Source: Halorarum halobium
GTDB taxonomy: Archaea > Halobacteriota > Halobacteria > Halobacteriales > Haloferacaceae
DNA length: 64,000 nucleotides
Assembly (NCBI RefSeq): GCF_032116555.1
Contig: NZ_CP134949.1
Span: forward strand, 1,054,001-1,118,000
Direction: 5' to 3'
The notes under the pieces were generated by a model. The model was not told where the DNA came from and ran no database searches. It saw only the letters and a list, made by a program, of their open reading frames with translations. Every line of letters starts with the position of its first letter. Positions within the stretch are counted from its first letter, which is position 1. Below are positions 36,504 through 45,087 of the stretch, in pieces. A program made the translations under genes and the position numbers.

Positions 36504-38393
36504 ATGGCCGACACCCTCCAGGAACTGGCGGAACTGCCGACGATGGCGCACCCGACCGTCGCGCCGGACGGGGCCGAGATCGCGCTGTACTACGACGTCG
36601 ACGGCCGGAACGAACTGTATCGGCTCGACCCGGAGACGGGCGAGTTGACCCAGTGGAGCGACGGCAACGTACCGAAGAACGTGGTCCACGGCTTCGAGTG
36701 GGGCGCGGACGGCGACCGGGTGTTCTTCCATCTGGACGAGGACGGCGACGAACAGAACGACCTGTTCGCCATCGACCGCGACGGCGACGTCGACCCGATC
36801 GTCCAGCAGGACGCCCAGGTGATGCTCCAGTCGGTCGGCGAGGACGGCGAGACGCTCCTGTTCGGCTCGAACCGCGACGGCCAGATGAACGTCTACCGGC
36901 ACGACCTCACGAGCGGCGAGACGACGAAGGTGACCGGGTACGACCGGGCCGTCTGGACGGCCGAACTCTCGCCCGACTGCGACCGGGTCGCCTACGCCAC
37001 GAACGAGTCCGACGACTACGACAACGTGGACACCTTCGTTGCGGACGCCGACGGCTCGAACGCCCGCACCCTCGACGTCGGCGAGACGGGTGCGGAGGCG
37101 AGCCCCGCGGACTGGCACCCCGACGGCGACGCGCTGCTGGTGTCGGACAACTCGCCCGGCCTCACTCGGGCCGGCGTCTACGACCTCGACGCCGACGAGG
37201 TGACGTGGCTCGGCGACGGCACACGCGAGGAGGAGCCCGCGTTCTTCCTGCCGGACGGCGACCGCGTCGTCGTCTCCCGAACCAGGAACGCGGAGGTCGT
37301 CCCGGTCGTCTACGACGTCGAGACGGGCGAGGGGCGCGAGTTCGACGTCCCCGACGGCGTCGCCACGTTCGGCCGCGGCGGCGCTGGCGGCGAGTGGGTC
37401 CTCGACGACGGGCGCGTCCTCCTGATGCACACGACCCCCACCCGCCGGGTCGAACTCCTCGCGTACGACCTCGAGACCGACGAGTACGGGACGGTGCTCC
37501 CGGCGGAGTACGGCCCGTTCTCGCCGGCGGAGTTCGGCGACGCGGAGTACTTCACCGTCACCTCGGACGGCGTCCCCGAGACGCCCCAGCGCGCGGTCGA
37601 ACACGACCCGTACGAGGAACTGGAGATCGGCGCGATCCTCTACGACTCGGGCGAGCGACCGTCGCCGCTGGTGGTCAACCCGCACGGCGGCCCCCGCCAC
37701 CGCGACAGCCTCTCGTTCGGCTACCGGACGCAGTTCCTGCTCTCGCGCGGCTTCTCCGTGCTCCAGGTGAACTACCGCGGCTCGACCGGTCGCGGCCGGG
37801 AGTTCGTCGAGGAACTGTACGGCGACTGGGGCGGGGCCGAGCAGGGCGACGTCGTGACCGCGGCCGAGCACGTCCTCGACGAGCACGACTGGCTCGACGA
37901 GGACCGCGTCGTCGTGTACGGCGGCTCCTACGGCGGCTACTCGGCCTACTGGCAGCTGGTCCAGTTCCCGGACCTGTACGCCGCCGGCGTCGCCTGGGTC
38001 GGCCTGAGCGACCTCGAGGACATGTACGAGAACACCATGCCCCACTTCCGCTCGGAGCTGATGGTGAAGTACCTCGGCGAACCCGACGAGAACCCCGACC
38101 TCTACGAGGAGCGCTCGCCGGTCACCCACGTCGACAACGTCGACGCCCCGCTGCTGATGGTCCACGGCGTCAACGACCCGCGCGTGCCGGTCTCGCAGGC
38201 GCGCATCTTCCGGGACGCGATGGACGAGGCCGGCTACGAGGCGGGCGCGGACTACGAGTACGAGGAACTGGGCGAGGAGGGCCACGGCTCCTCGGACATC
38301 GACGACAAGATCCGCAGCCTCCGACTGCTCGACGAGTTCCTCGACCGTCGCGTCGGGACGGTCGACGCGGGGACGCCAGCCGCGGACGACTGA
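36504..38393 (+). CDS. S9-family (prolyl oligopeptidase/acylaminoacyl) peptidase
   Basis: Beta-propeller then HGGP, NYRGSTG.G, GGSYGG (Ser), D.RVP (Asp), EGHG (His); ATG at 36504. Confidence 0.93.
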   Translation: MADTLQELAELPTMAHPTVAPDGAEIALYYDVDGRNELYRLDPETGELTQWSDGNVPKNVVHGFEWGADGDRVFFHLDEDGDEQNDLFAIDRDGDVDPIVQQDAQVMLQSVGEDGETLLFGSNRDGQMNVYRHDLTSGETTKVTGYDRAVWTAELSPDCDRVAYATNESDDYDNVDTFVADADGSNARTLDVGETGAEASPADWHPDGDALLVSDNSPGLTRAGVYDLDADEVTWLGDGTREEEPAFFLPDGDRVVVSRTRNAEVVPVVYDVETGEGREFDVPDGVATFGRGGAGGEWVLDDGRVLLMHTTPTRRVELLAYDLETDEYGTVLPAEYGPFSPAEFGDAEYFTVTSDGVPETPQRAVEHDPYEELEIGAILYDSGERPSPLVVNPHGGPRHRDSLSFGYRTQFLLSRGFSVLQVNYRGSTGRGREFVEELYGDWGGAEQGDVVTAAEHVLDEHDWLDEDRVVVYGGSYGGYSAYWQLVQFPDLYAAGVAWVGLSDLEDMYENTMPHFRSELMVKYLGEPDENPDLYEERSPVTHVDNVDAPLLMVHGVNDPRVPVSQARIFRDAMDEAGYEAGADYEYEELGEEGHGSSDIDDKIRSLRLLDEFLDRRVGTVDAGTPAADD

Positions 38394-38475
38394 CCGGGCC
38401 GAGCGACCCGTCCCGACCGAGCGGGGTCCCCGTCGCCGCCCTCCCGGTCTCGCCCGCTCCGTTCGCTCGACCGGT

Positions 38476-38703
38476 TCAGTCGAACATCCGGTCGTCGAAC
38501 TCGGGGATGTCGAAGCCGCCGTCGCCGCCCCAGCCGTCCATCACGCGGCTCTGGTACAGCGCCATCGCGACCTGGGGTACCGCCTGCGGCGGGACGGGCG
38601 AGGGCTCGTCGAACGCCTCGCCCGCCCACTCGTTGTACCCGTCGACCACGTCCATCGCGTCCTTGAACGAGCGCAGCATGAGTTCCTTGTAGCGATCTCT
38701 CAT
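38476..38703 (-). CDS. Small conserved hypothetical protein
   Basis: 75 aa, host-like codons, acidic; downstream of fbp on the same strand. Confidence 0.6.
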   Translation of the reverse strand: MRDRYKELMLRSFKDAMDVVDGYNEWAGEAFDEPSPVPPQAVPQVAMALYQSRVMDGWGGDGGFDIPEFDDRMFD

Positions 38704-38748
38704 TGCCCCGACCTTGGGAGGGGCACGGGAATCGCTTTCGGGACGCGG

Positions 38749-39600
38749 CTACCGCGAGACGGCGGATTCCAGTCGCTCGATCAGGCCGCGGTTGCCGACG
38801 TGGACCGGGGTCCGCTGGTGCAGTTCGGTCGCCTCGACGTCGAGCAGCGAACCCCCACCGTCCGAGGACGCCCCGCCGGCGGCCTCGACGATGTAGCCGA
38901 TGGGCGCGCCCTCGAACACCAGGCGGAGTTTCCCGTCCGGGCTGGACGCCAGGGCCGGATACGCGAACACGCCGCCGTAGGTGAGCACCTGGTTCACGTC
39001 GCCGATCATCGAGCCGCCGTACCGGAGCTTCAGCTCCCGTTCCACCTCTTCGACGTACCCCGAGAAGTCGTCGGGCCAGTCCGGGACGCGGCCGCCGAAG
39101 CCGTACACCGTCGGCTCCTCGGGGAGTTCCACGTCGCGGAGTTTCTCACGGTCGCCGTCCTCGGTGACGAGGAACTCCGTGGGGGTGCCCTCGCGGGCCA
39201 CGACCATCGTCGTGATGGGGCCATAGAGGACGAACGCGGCCGCGACGAGGTCGCGGCCCGACGCCGGCAGCGGGGCGTCGTACACGCCGACGATGGTGCC
39301 CATCGTGTTGTTCGGCTTGAGGTTCGAGGAGCCGTCGAGCGGGTCGCAGGCCACCGAGAGCCCCTCGCCGGCGTTGACGACGCCCTCGCGCTCCTCGCTG
39401 GCGTACGCGCCGACGCCGTCGACGGCGGTCAGTCGCTCCTCCAGCAGGTCGTCGGCGTAGACGTCGGCGTCGAGCATCGATTCGCCGGAGGGGTTCTCCT
39501 CGTCGAGGTACGACCTGCGGCCCGCGAGCGCATCGCGGACGTCGGGTGCGGCGCGCGAGACGACGTCGACGATCCGGGCGAGGGCGTCGTCGCTCCCCAT
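38749..39600 (-). CDS. fbp: Fructose-1,6-bisphosphatase class 1
   Basis: [42 protein letters not shown] at 39600 overlaps the fba stop. Confidence 0.93.
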   Translation of the reverse strand: MGSDDALARIVDVVSRAAPDVRDALAGRRSYLDEENPSGESMLDADVYADDLLEERLTAVDGVGAYASEEREGVVNAGEGLSVACDPLDGSSNLKPNNTMGTIVGVYDAPLPASGRDLVAAAFVLYGPITTMVVAREGTPTEFLVTEDGDREKLRDVELPEEPTVYGFGGRVPDWPDDFSGYVEEVERELKLRYGGSMIGDVNQVLTYGGVFAYPALASSPDGKLRLVFEGAPIGYIVEAAGGASSDGGGSLLDVEATELHQRTPVHVGNRGLIERLESAVSR

Positions 39601-40415
39601 CAGTCGTCCGCGACCGCCGCGTTGCCGGTCCGTTCGAGCGCCTCCTCGGCGGTCGCCTCCTCGTAGATGACCGCCTCCAGCGCGTCGAGGATCTCGACGG
39701 GGTTCTCGCGCTGGAACACGTTCCGGCCGACCGCGAGCCCCGCCGCCCCGGCCGACACCGCGCTCTCGACCGTCGAGAGGAACGCGCGGTCGTCCGTCTT
39801 GGACCCCCCGGACATGACGACCTTCGCCGGGCCGGCCATCTCGCAGGCCTCGGCCATCGCCTCGGGCGAACCGGGGTACTTCACCTTCGCCACGTCGGCG
39901 CCGAGTTCGAGCCCCTGCCGGGCGGCGTACGCGATGGTCCGCGGGCTGGTGTCGTTTTTCATCCCCTGGCCGCGCGGGTACGACCACAGCACGACGCCCA
40001 TGTCGTGCTCGCGGGCGGTCTCCTGGGCCTCGCGGAACTCTTCCGCCATCTCGACCTCGTTGTTCGAGCCGCCGTACAGCGTGAAGCCGATCGCGTCGGC
40101 CCCCAGATCGGCGGCGTACTCGGCCGACCAGTTCACCGCCGAGTCGGGTTCGCCCATCCACATGTTCGAGGTGCCGTTCAGCTTCGCGAGCAGCGACACG
40201 TCCTCGGAGTACGACGGGTAGTACGCCTCGGCGATCCCCTTCTGGACCGCGAACGCCGACACCGCGTCGTGGGTGGCGAGCTCCCAGACCGCCTCGGGAT
40301 CGGCGGTGTCCGGGTTCGGGTCGAAGTCGACCGGTCCGTGTTCGAGGCCGTGGTCGTACGCGAGGATGAGGGCCTTGCCGTCACGGGTGATCGCGTCGTC
40401 CGCGTGGGGAAGCAT
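39600..40415 (-). CDS. fba: Class I (DhnA-type) fructose-bisphosphate aldolase
   Basis: [32 protein letters not shown] (Schiff-base Lys), [14 protein letters not shown]. Confidence 0.93.
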   Translation of the reverse strand: MLPHADDAITRDGKALILAYDHGLEHGPVDFDPNPDTADPEAVWELATHDAVSAFAVQKGIAEAYYPSYSEDVSLLAKLNGTSNMWMGEPDSAVNWSAEYAADLGADAIGFTLYGGSNNEVEMAEEFREAQETAREHDMGVVLWSYPRGQGMKNDTSPRTIAYAARQGLELGADVAKVKYPGSPEAMAEACEMAGPAKVVMSGGSKTDDRAFLSTVESAVSAGAAGLAVGRNVFQRENPVEILDALEAVIYEEATAEEALERTGNAAVADD

Positions 40416-40530
40416 CTCGTAAAACGGTCGCGCGTCGCGTCACATAAAGCGTCCGGTGGTGGCGGGCGTGAAATTAACTCGAAATCGAATAGCGACTTCG
40501 CCGCGTCGTCGGCTCGTTCCGGCGGTCGGT

Positions 40531-41157
40531 CTATCCCAGATAGTTGCTGGCCGCGTCCCGAAGGCTCGTGACGCGGTCCGCGTCGCGGTCGAGCGCCTCC
40601 GCGACCTCGCCGGGGTCCGCAGTGGAGAGCGATCGGACGGAGGTGATCCCCGCCTCGGCCAGGTCCGTGATCGTCTCGTCGTCGAGGTCCTCGAGCTCGG
40701 ACAGCGGCGTCGGGGCCGAGCGCTCGCGCCACGCGGATTCGGCCGCGACCGGGTCGCCCGACCCGTCGGCCTCCGTCGCCTGTTCGGCGTTCGAGGCCGA
40801 CGCCGCGACCCACGCCGCCTCGTCGTCGGCCCCGTCCTCCGAGGGGGTGAGGTCGCGCTCGCTCCAGTCGTCGGAGGCGGCGGCGACCCACGCGCGCTCG
40901 GCGTCGCCCAGCCCGCGAACCTGGGAGGACCGTCGCCGGAGGTCGTCCGGGTCCTCGGACTCGAACGACCACGACAGCGAGTGCTCGCGGCGGATCTTCG
41001 CCGCGACCCCGGGGTTGACGCCCACGTCGAGGAGCATTCTGAACGAGACGTTCTTCGAGCGAACGTCCGCCGCGTCGAACGGGGCGTCGGCCAGCACCGC
41101 GGCCGTCGCCGGTCCGACGTACTTGATGTCGGTGGGGTCAGGTGCGTCCTCTGTCAC
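40531..41157 (-). CDS. Helix-hairpin-helix domain protein
   Basis: IKYVGPATA, GVNPGVAAKIRREHSL.W, LAEAGITSV..L...DP; GTG start. Confidence 0.7.
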   Translation of the reverse strand: MTEDAPDPTDIKYVGPATAAVLADAPFDAADVRSKNVSFRMLLDVGVNPGVAAKIRREHSLSWSFESEDPDDLRRRSSQVRGLGDAERAWVAAASDDWSERDLTPSEDGADDEAAWVAASASNAEQATEADGSGDPVAAESAWRERSAPTPLSELEDLDDETITDLAEAGITSVRSLSTADPGEVAEALDRDADRVTSLRDAASNYLG

Positions 41158-41380
41158 GAGCGCTCACCAGTTGGCAGTGCCTTGGACCCCGGGTCCTTAA
41201 CCTTTCTGTGCCGGTTATCGAATACGAATAATTCGACCGACAGATCCGCCGGAGTCACCGATATTTGGACGGATGACGTGCGAACGAGACTACTCGATGA
41301 CAGGAACGTCGCTCGGGCCCCGCTGGTCTCCCGGCGGCGGCTCCGCTACGCTTACGGCCTCCCGCCCGGCATCACTGGTC

Positions 41381-42238
41381 ATGCGCGGACTCTCCGAGGT
41401 CGACACCGTCGCCGTCATCGGGGCGGGGACGATGGGCAACGGCATCGCTCAGGTCGCTGCGACCGCAGGCTACGACGTGCTCGTGCGCGACGTCGAACGG
41501 GAACTCCTCGACGAGGGCTTTGCCGCCATCGACTCGTCGCTCTCGCGGCTCGCAGGGAAGGACGAACTGGACGAGGACCCCGAGGCGATTCGCGGCCGCA
41601 TCACGGGGACGACGGATCTCGCGGACGTCGCCGACGCCGACCTCGTCGTCGAGGCTGCCGTCGAGAACATGGACGTGAAGCGTGACATCTTCGCCGACCT
41701 GGACGAGGTCACGGACGAGGGCGTCGTGCTGGCGACGAACACGTCGACGCTCTCGATCACCACCATCGCCGCGGCGACCGACCGTCCCGACCGGGTCGTC
41801 GGCCTGCACTTCATGAACCCGGTGCCGATCATGGCCGGCGTCGAGCTCGTCGTGGGGGAGAAGACTGCTCCGGAGGTGACCGCGTTCGCCCACGAGTTCG
41901 CGGAGGACCTGGGCAAGGAGACGTGGGAGAGCGACGACAAGCCCGGCTTCGTGACGAACCGCGTGCTGATGCCCTGGATCAACGAGGGCATCCGTGCCTA
42001 CGACGAGGGCGTCGCCTCGAAGGAGGACATGGACCGCGGGATGAAACTCGGGACGAACGTGCCGATGGGTCCGCTCGAACTCGCGGACCACATCGGGCTC
42101 GACGTCTGTCTCGACGCGAGCCGAACGCTCCACGAGGAACTGGGCGACCGTTACAAGCCCGCCTACCTCCTCAAGCGGAAGGTCGACGCCGGCGACCTCG
42201 GGAAGAAGACGGGGAAGGGGTTCTACGAGTACGAATAG
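41381..42238 (+). CDS. hbd: 3-hydroxyacyl(butyryl)-CoA dehydrogenase
   Basis: [59 protein letters not shown]. Confidence 0.93.
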   Translation: MRGLSEVDTVAVIGAGTMGNGIAQVAATAGYDVLVRDVERELLDEGFAAIDSSLSRLAGKDELDEDPEAIRGRITGTTDLADVADADLVVEAAVENMDVKRDIFADLDEVTDEGVVLATNTSTLSITTIAAATDRPDRVVGLHFMNPVPIMAGVELVVGEKTAPEVTAFAHEFAEDLGKETWESDDKPGFVTNRVLMPWINEGIRAYDEGVASKEDMDRGMKLGTNVPMGPLELADHIGLDVCLDASRTLHEELGDRYKPAYLLKRKVDAGDLGKKTGKGFYEYE

Positions 42239-42268
42239 GGAGTTCACATACGGGGTGAGACGACTTTT

Positions 42269-42300
42269 CGGGTGGCGCGCGTGACTGCGAGCGAAGCCGA
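42269..42300 (+). repeat. Fragment of the structured intergenic repeat
   Basis: GGTGGCGCGC (as at 28109) followed by CGCGTGACTGCGAGC (as at 52261) and GCGAAGC. Confidence 0.5.
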
Positions 42301-42380
42301 ACGAGTTCGAGCTCACGGACATCGTCTCCCCCGCGGAGCCATCCGGAACGACTAACCCCGCCCCGGCCGGTCGGGCGGAC

Positions 42381-43373
42381 ATGAAGGCGACCGCGACGGC
42401 CCACCCCATCCAGGGCCTCGTCAAGTACCACGGGATGCGCGATCCGGACCTCCGGCTCCCGTACCACGACTCCATCAGCCTCTGTACGGCCCCATCGCGG
42501 ACGACGACCACCGTCGAGTGGGAGCCGGACGGAAGCGATGACGGCTACCGCATCGACGGCGACGAGGTCGACGGGCGCGGCGCCGAACGGATCGATCACG
42601 TGGCCGACCACGTCCGCGATCTCGCCGGGTTCGACCACGCGGTCCGCGTCGAGTCGGAGAACTCGTTCCCGTCGAACGTCGGGTTCGGCTCCTCCTCGTC
42701 CGGCTTCGCCGCGCTGGCGACGGCGCTCGTGGAGGCCGCCGGACTCGACATGACGCGACCCGAGGTCTCGACGGTCGCGCGCCGCGGCTCCTCGTCGGCC
42801 GCCCGCGCCGTCACTGGCGCGTACTCGCACCTCTACGCGGGGCTGAACGACCACGACTGCCGCTCCGAGCGCATCGAGACCCGGCCGAGCGAGTCGTTCG
42901 ACCCGGAATCGGACCTCCGGATCGTCACCGCGCTCGTCCCCGCGTACAAGGAGACCGAGGAGGCCCACCGCGAGGCGGAGGCCAGCCACATGTTCGACGC
43001 GCGCATGGCTCACGTCCACGAGCAGATCCAGCGGATGCGCGACGCGCTCCGCCGCGGCTCGTTCGACGACGTGTTCGAACTCGCCGAACACGACTCGCTG
43101 TCGCTCACGGCGACGACGATGACCGGCCCGTCGGGCTGGGTGTACTGGCAGCCCGAGACCATCGCCGTGTTCAACGCCGTCCGGGAGCTCCGTCAGGAGG
43201 CTGACGTGCCCGTCTACTTCTCGACGGACACCGGCGCGAGCGTCTACGTGAACACGACCGCGGAGTACGCCGACCGGGTAGAGGAACGCGTCGCTGCGGT
43301 CGGCGTCGAGACCGACGTCTGGGAGCTCGGCGGCCCGGCGCGCGTGCTCTCGGAGTCGAAGGCGCTGTTCTGA
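42381..43373 (+). CDS. mvaD: Phosphomevalonate decarboxylase (haloarchaeal mevalonate pathway)
   Basis: MKATA.AHPIQGLVKYHG, PYHDSIS, GFGSSSSGFAA, RRGSSSAAR, STDTGASVYVN. Confidence 0.93.
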   Translation: MKATATAHPIQGLVKYHGMRDPDLRLPYHDSISLCTAPSRTTTTVEWEPDGSDDGYRIDGDEVDGRGAERIDHVADHVRDLAGFDHAVRVESENSFPSNVGFGSSSSGFAALATALVEAAGLDMTRPEVSTVARRGSSSAARAVTGAYSHLYAGLNDHDCRSERIETRPSESFDPESDLRIVTALVPAYKETEEAHREAEASHMFDARMAHVHEQIQRMRDALRRGSFDDVFELAEHDSLSLTATTMTGPSGWVYWQPETIAVFNAVRELRQEADVPVYFSTDTGASVYVNTTAEYADRVEERVAAVGVETDVWELGGPARVLSESKALF

Positions 43374-43571
43374 ACCGGGAGGATCGAATCGCCCCGGCGC
43401 GGCCGCCATCGAGTTGGCGAACTGGCGGAACCGGCGGCTCCCGTGGCGGCGTTCCGCACGACCGCGCCACGCCACGGGGCGTTCGTCACGTCACGGGGGC
43501 GCTGGTCGGGTTCCGGTACAAAAACCCTCGCCGCTACCTACTTTCCGGTGGCCCACCAAGCGCGGACGTCA

Positions 43572-44714
43572 ATGCACGTCGTCGTCCTCGGAGCCGGGTA
43601 CGCCGGTCTCTCGCTCGTCCGTCGCCTCGAATCCCGACTCCCGCCGGCGGTCGACGTCACGCTCGTGAACGACGGGGCCGAGCACGTGTTAATCCACGAG
43701 GCGCACCGGGCCATCCGCAGGCCGGCCCTCGCGGACGCCATCTCGGTGTCGATCCCGGACGTGCTGGACCGGACCGAGTTCGTGAACGCCCGGGTGGACT
43801 CGGTCGAGTTCGATGCCGGGCGGGCGGTACTGGACGACGGCGAGGCGCTCTCGTGGGACTACGGGGCGGTCTGTCTCGGGTCGGAGACGGAGTACTACGG
43901 CATCGAGGGGCTCCGCGAGCACGCGACGCCCATGAAGTCGCTCGCGGACGCGGCGACCATCCGCGAGGGGTTCCGCTCGGTGCGTGAGGCCGGCGGCCGC
44001 GCGGTCGTCGGCGGCGCGGGGCTCTCGGGCGTGCAGGTGGCGGGCGAACTGACCGCTCTCGCCCGCGAGGAGGAATTCGCGGTTCCCGAGGAGGTCGAGG
44101 TCGTCCTGCTCGAACGGTTCGACGGGGTCGCCCCGAACTTCCCGGCCAACTTCCGACGTGCAGTCCACGATGAACTCCTCGAGCGGGACGTGGACGTGCG
44201 GACGGGGACGGCCGTCGAGCGGGTCGGACCGGAACGTGTCGTGACGGAGGAGGGAGAACTCCGGTACGATCAGCTGATCTGGACGGGCGGAATCACCGGA
44301 CCGGCGGCAGCGGACGGAAACAGACCGACCGTCCGCGCCGACCTCCGCGCGGCCGACCGGACGCTCGCGCTGGGGGACGCCGCGCGCATCGTCGACGCCG
44401 ACGGGGAGCCGGTTCCCGCGAGCGCCTCGGCGGCCATCCGCGAGGCGAAGACGGCCGCCGAGAACCTCTCCCGACTGGTCGAGGCGGATCGCTCGGAATC
44501 CGTCGAGGCGTTCCGTCCCCGCCTCTCGCAGTACAGGTTCGACGTGCCCGGCTGGATCGTCTCGATCGGCGAGGGCACCGTCGCGCAGGTCGGCTCGACG
44601 GTGCTCCGCGGAAGCGCGGCGAAGGCTGCCAAGGCCTCGGTCGGCGCGGGCTATCTGACGTCCATCGGGGCCGCCAGGAACGCCGGATCGCTCGCCGAGG
44701 AGGAACTTCGGTGA
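43572..44714 (+). CDS. NDH-2-like FAD-dependent oxidoreductase
   Basis: VVVLGAGYAG, VVGGAGLSGVQ.AGE, IWTGGI, LGDAA; ATG at 43572. Confidence 0.85.
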   Translation: MHVVVLGAGYAGLSLVRRLESRLPPAVDVTLVNDGAEHVLIHEAHRAIRRPALADAISVSIPDVLDRTEFVNARVDSVEFDAGRAVLDDGEALSWDYGAVCLGSETEYYGIEGLREHATPMKSLADAATIREGFRSVREAGGRAVVGGAGLSGVQVAGELTALAREEEFAVPEEVEVVLLERFDGVAPNFPANFRRAVHDELLERDVDVRTGTAVERVGPERVVTEEGELRYDQLIWTGGITGPAAADGNRPTVRADLRAADRTLALGDAARIVDADGEPVPASASAAIREAKTAAENLSRLVEADRSESVEAFRPRLSQYRFDVPGWIVSIGEGTVAQVGSTVLRGSAAKAAKASVGAGYLTSIGAARNAGSLAEEELR

Positions 44715-44844
44715 GAGCGATGTCTGGACGATCGGAAATAACCAAAATAAATAGACGAACGTTCAGTAACTCCATATAAGGTAACTATACTGTGGGATGA
44801 TGGGCAAGGAAACGTTTACTCGTCGGGCCACGGTACGTCGTCAC

Positions 44845-44994
44845 ATGCCAACCTCCGAGATCGATCCGTACACGCCGTCGGGGGGGCTGTTCGAGTGCGT
44901 CGTCTGCGGGGCGCGCGAGCGGTCGAGCAGCAACCCGGGGACCTGTTCGTCCTGTGGCGGCGCGGTGCAGAACATCGCGATCGCTCGGGAGTGA
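44845..44994 (+). CDS. Small zinc-finger (rubrerythrin-like/CPxCG-type) microprotein
   Basis: DPY.....FECVVCG.R......CSSCGG.V.NIA..RE; strongly AT-rich promoter region 44735-44820. Confidence 0.8.
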   Translation: MPTSEIDPYTPSGGLFECVVCGARERSSSNPGTCSSCGGAVQNIAIARE

Positions 44995-45087
44995 GCCCCC
45001 GTTCTCGCCGCGGTCGGGGTCCGGGAGGGACCGGACCGGCCCGCCGGGAGCGCGGGGCTTAACCCCCTCGCACCGCAATCCGCTCCA

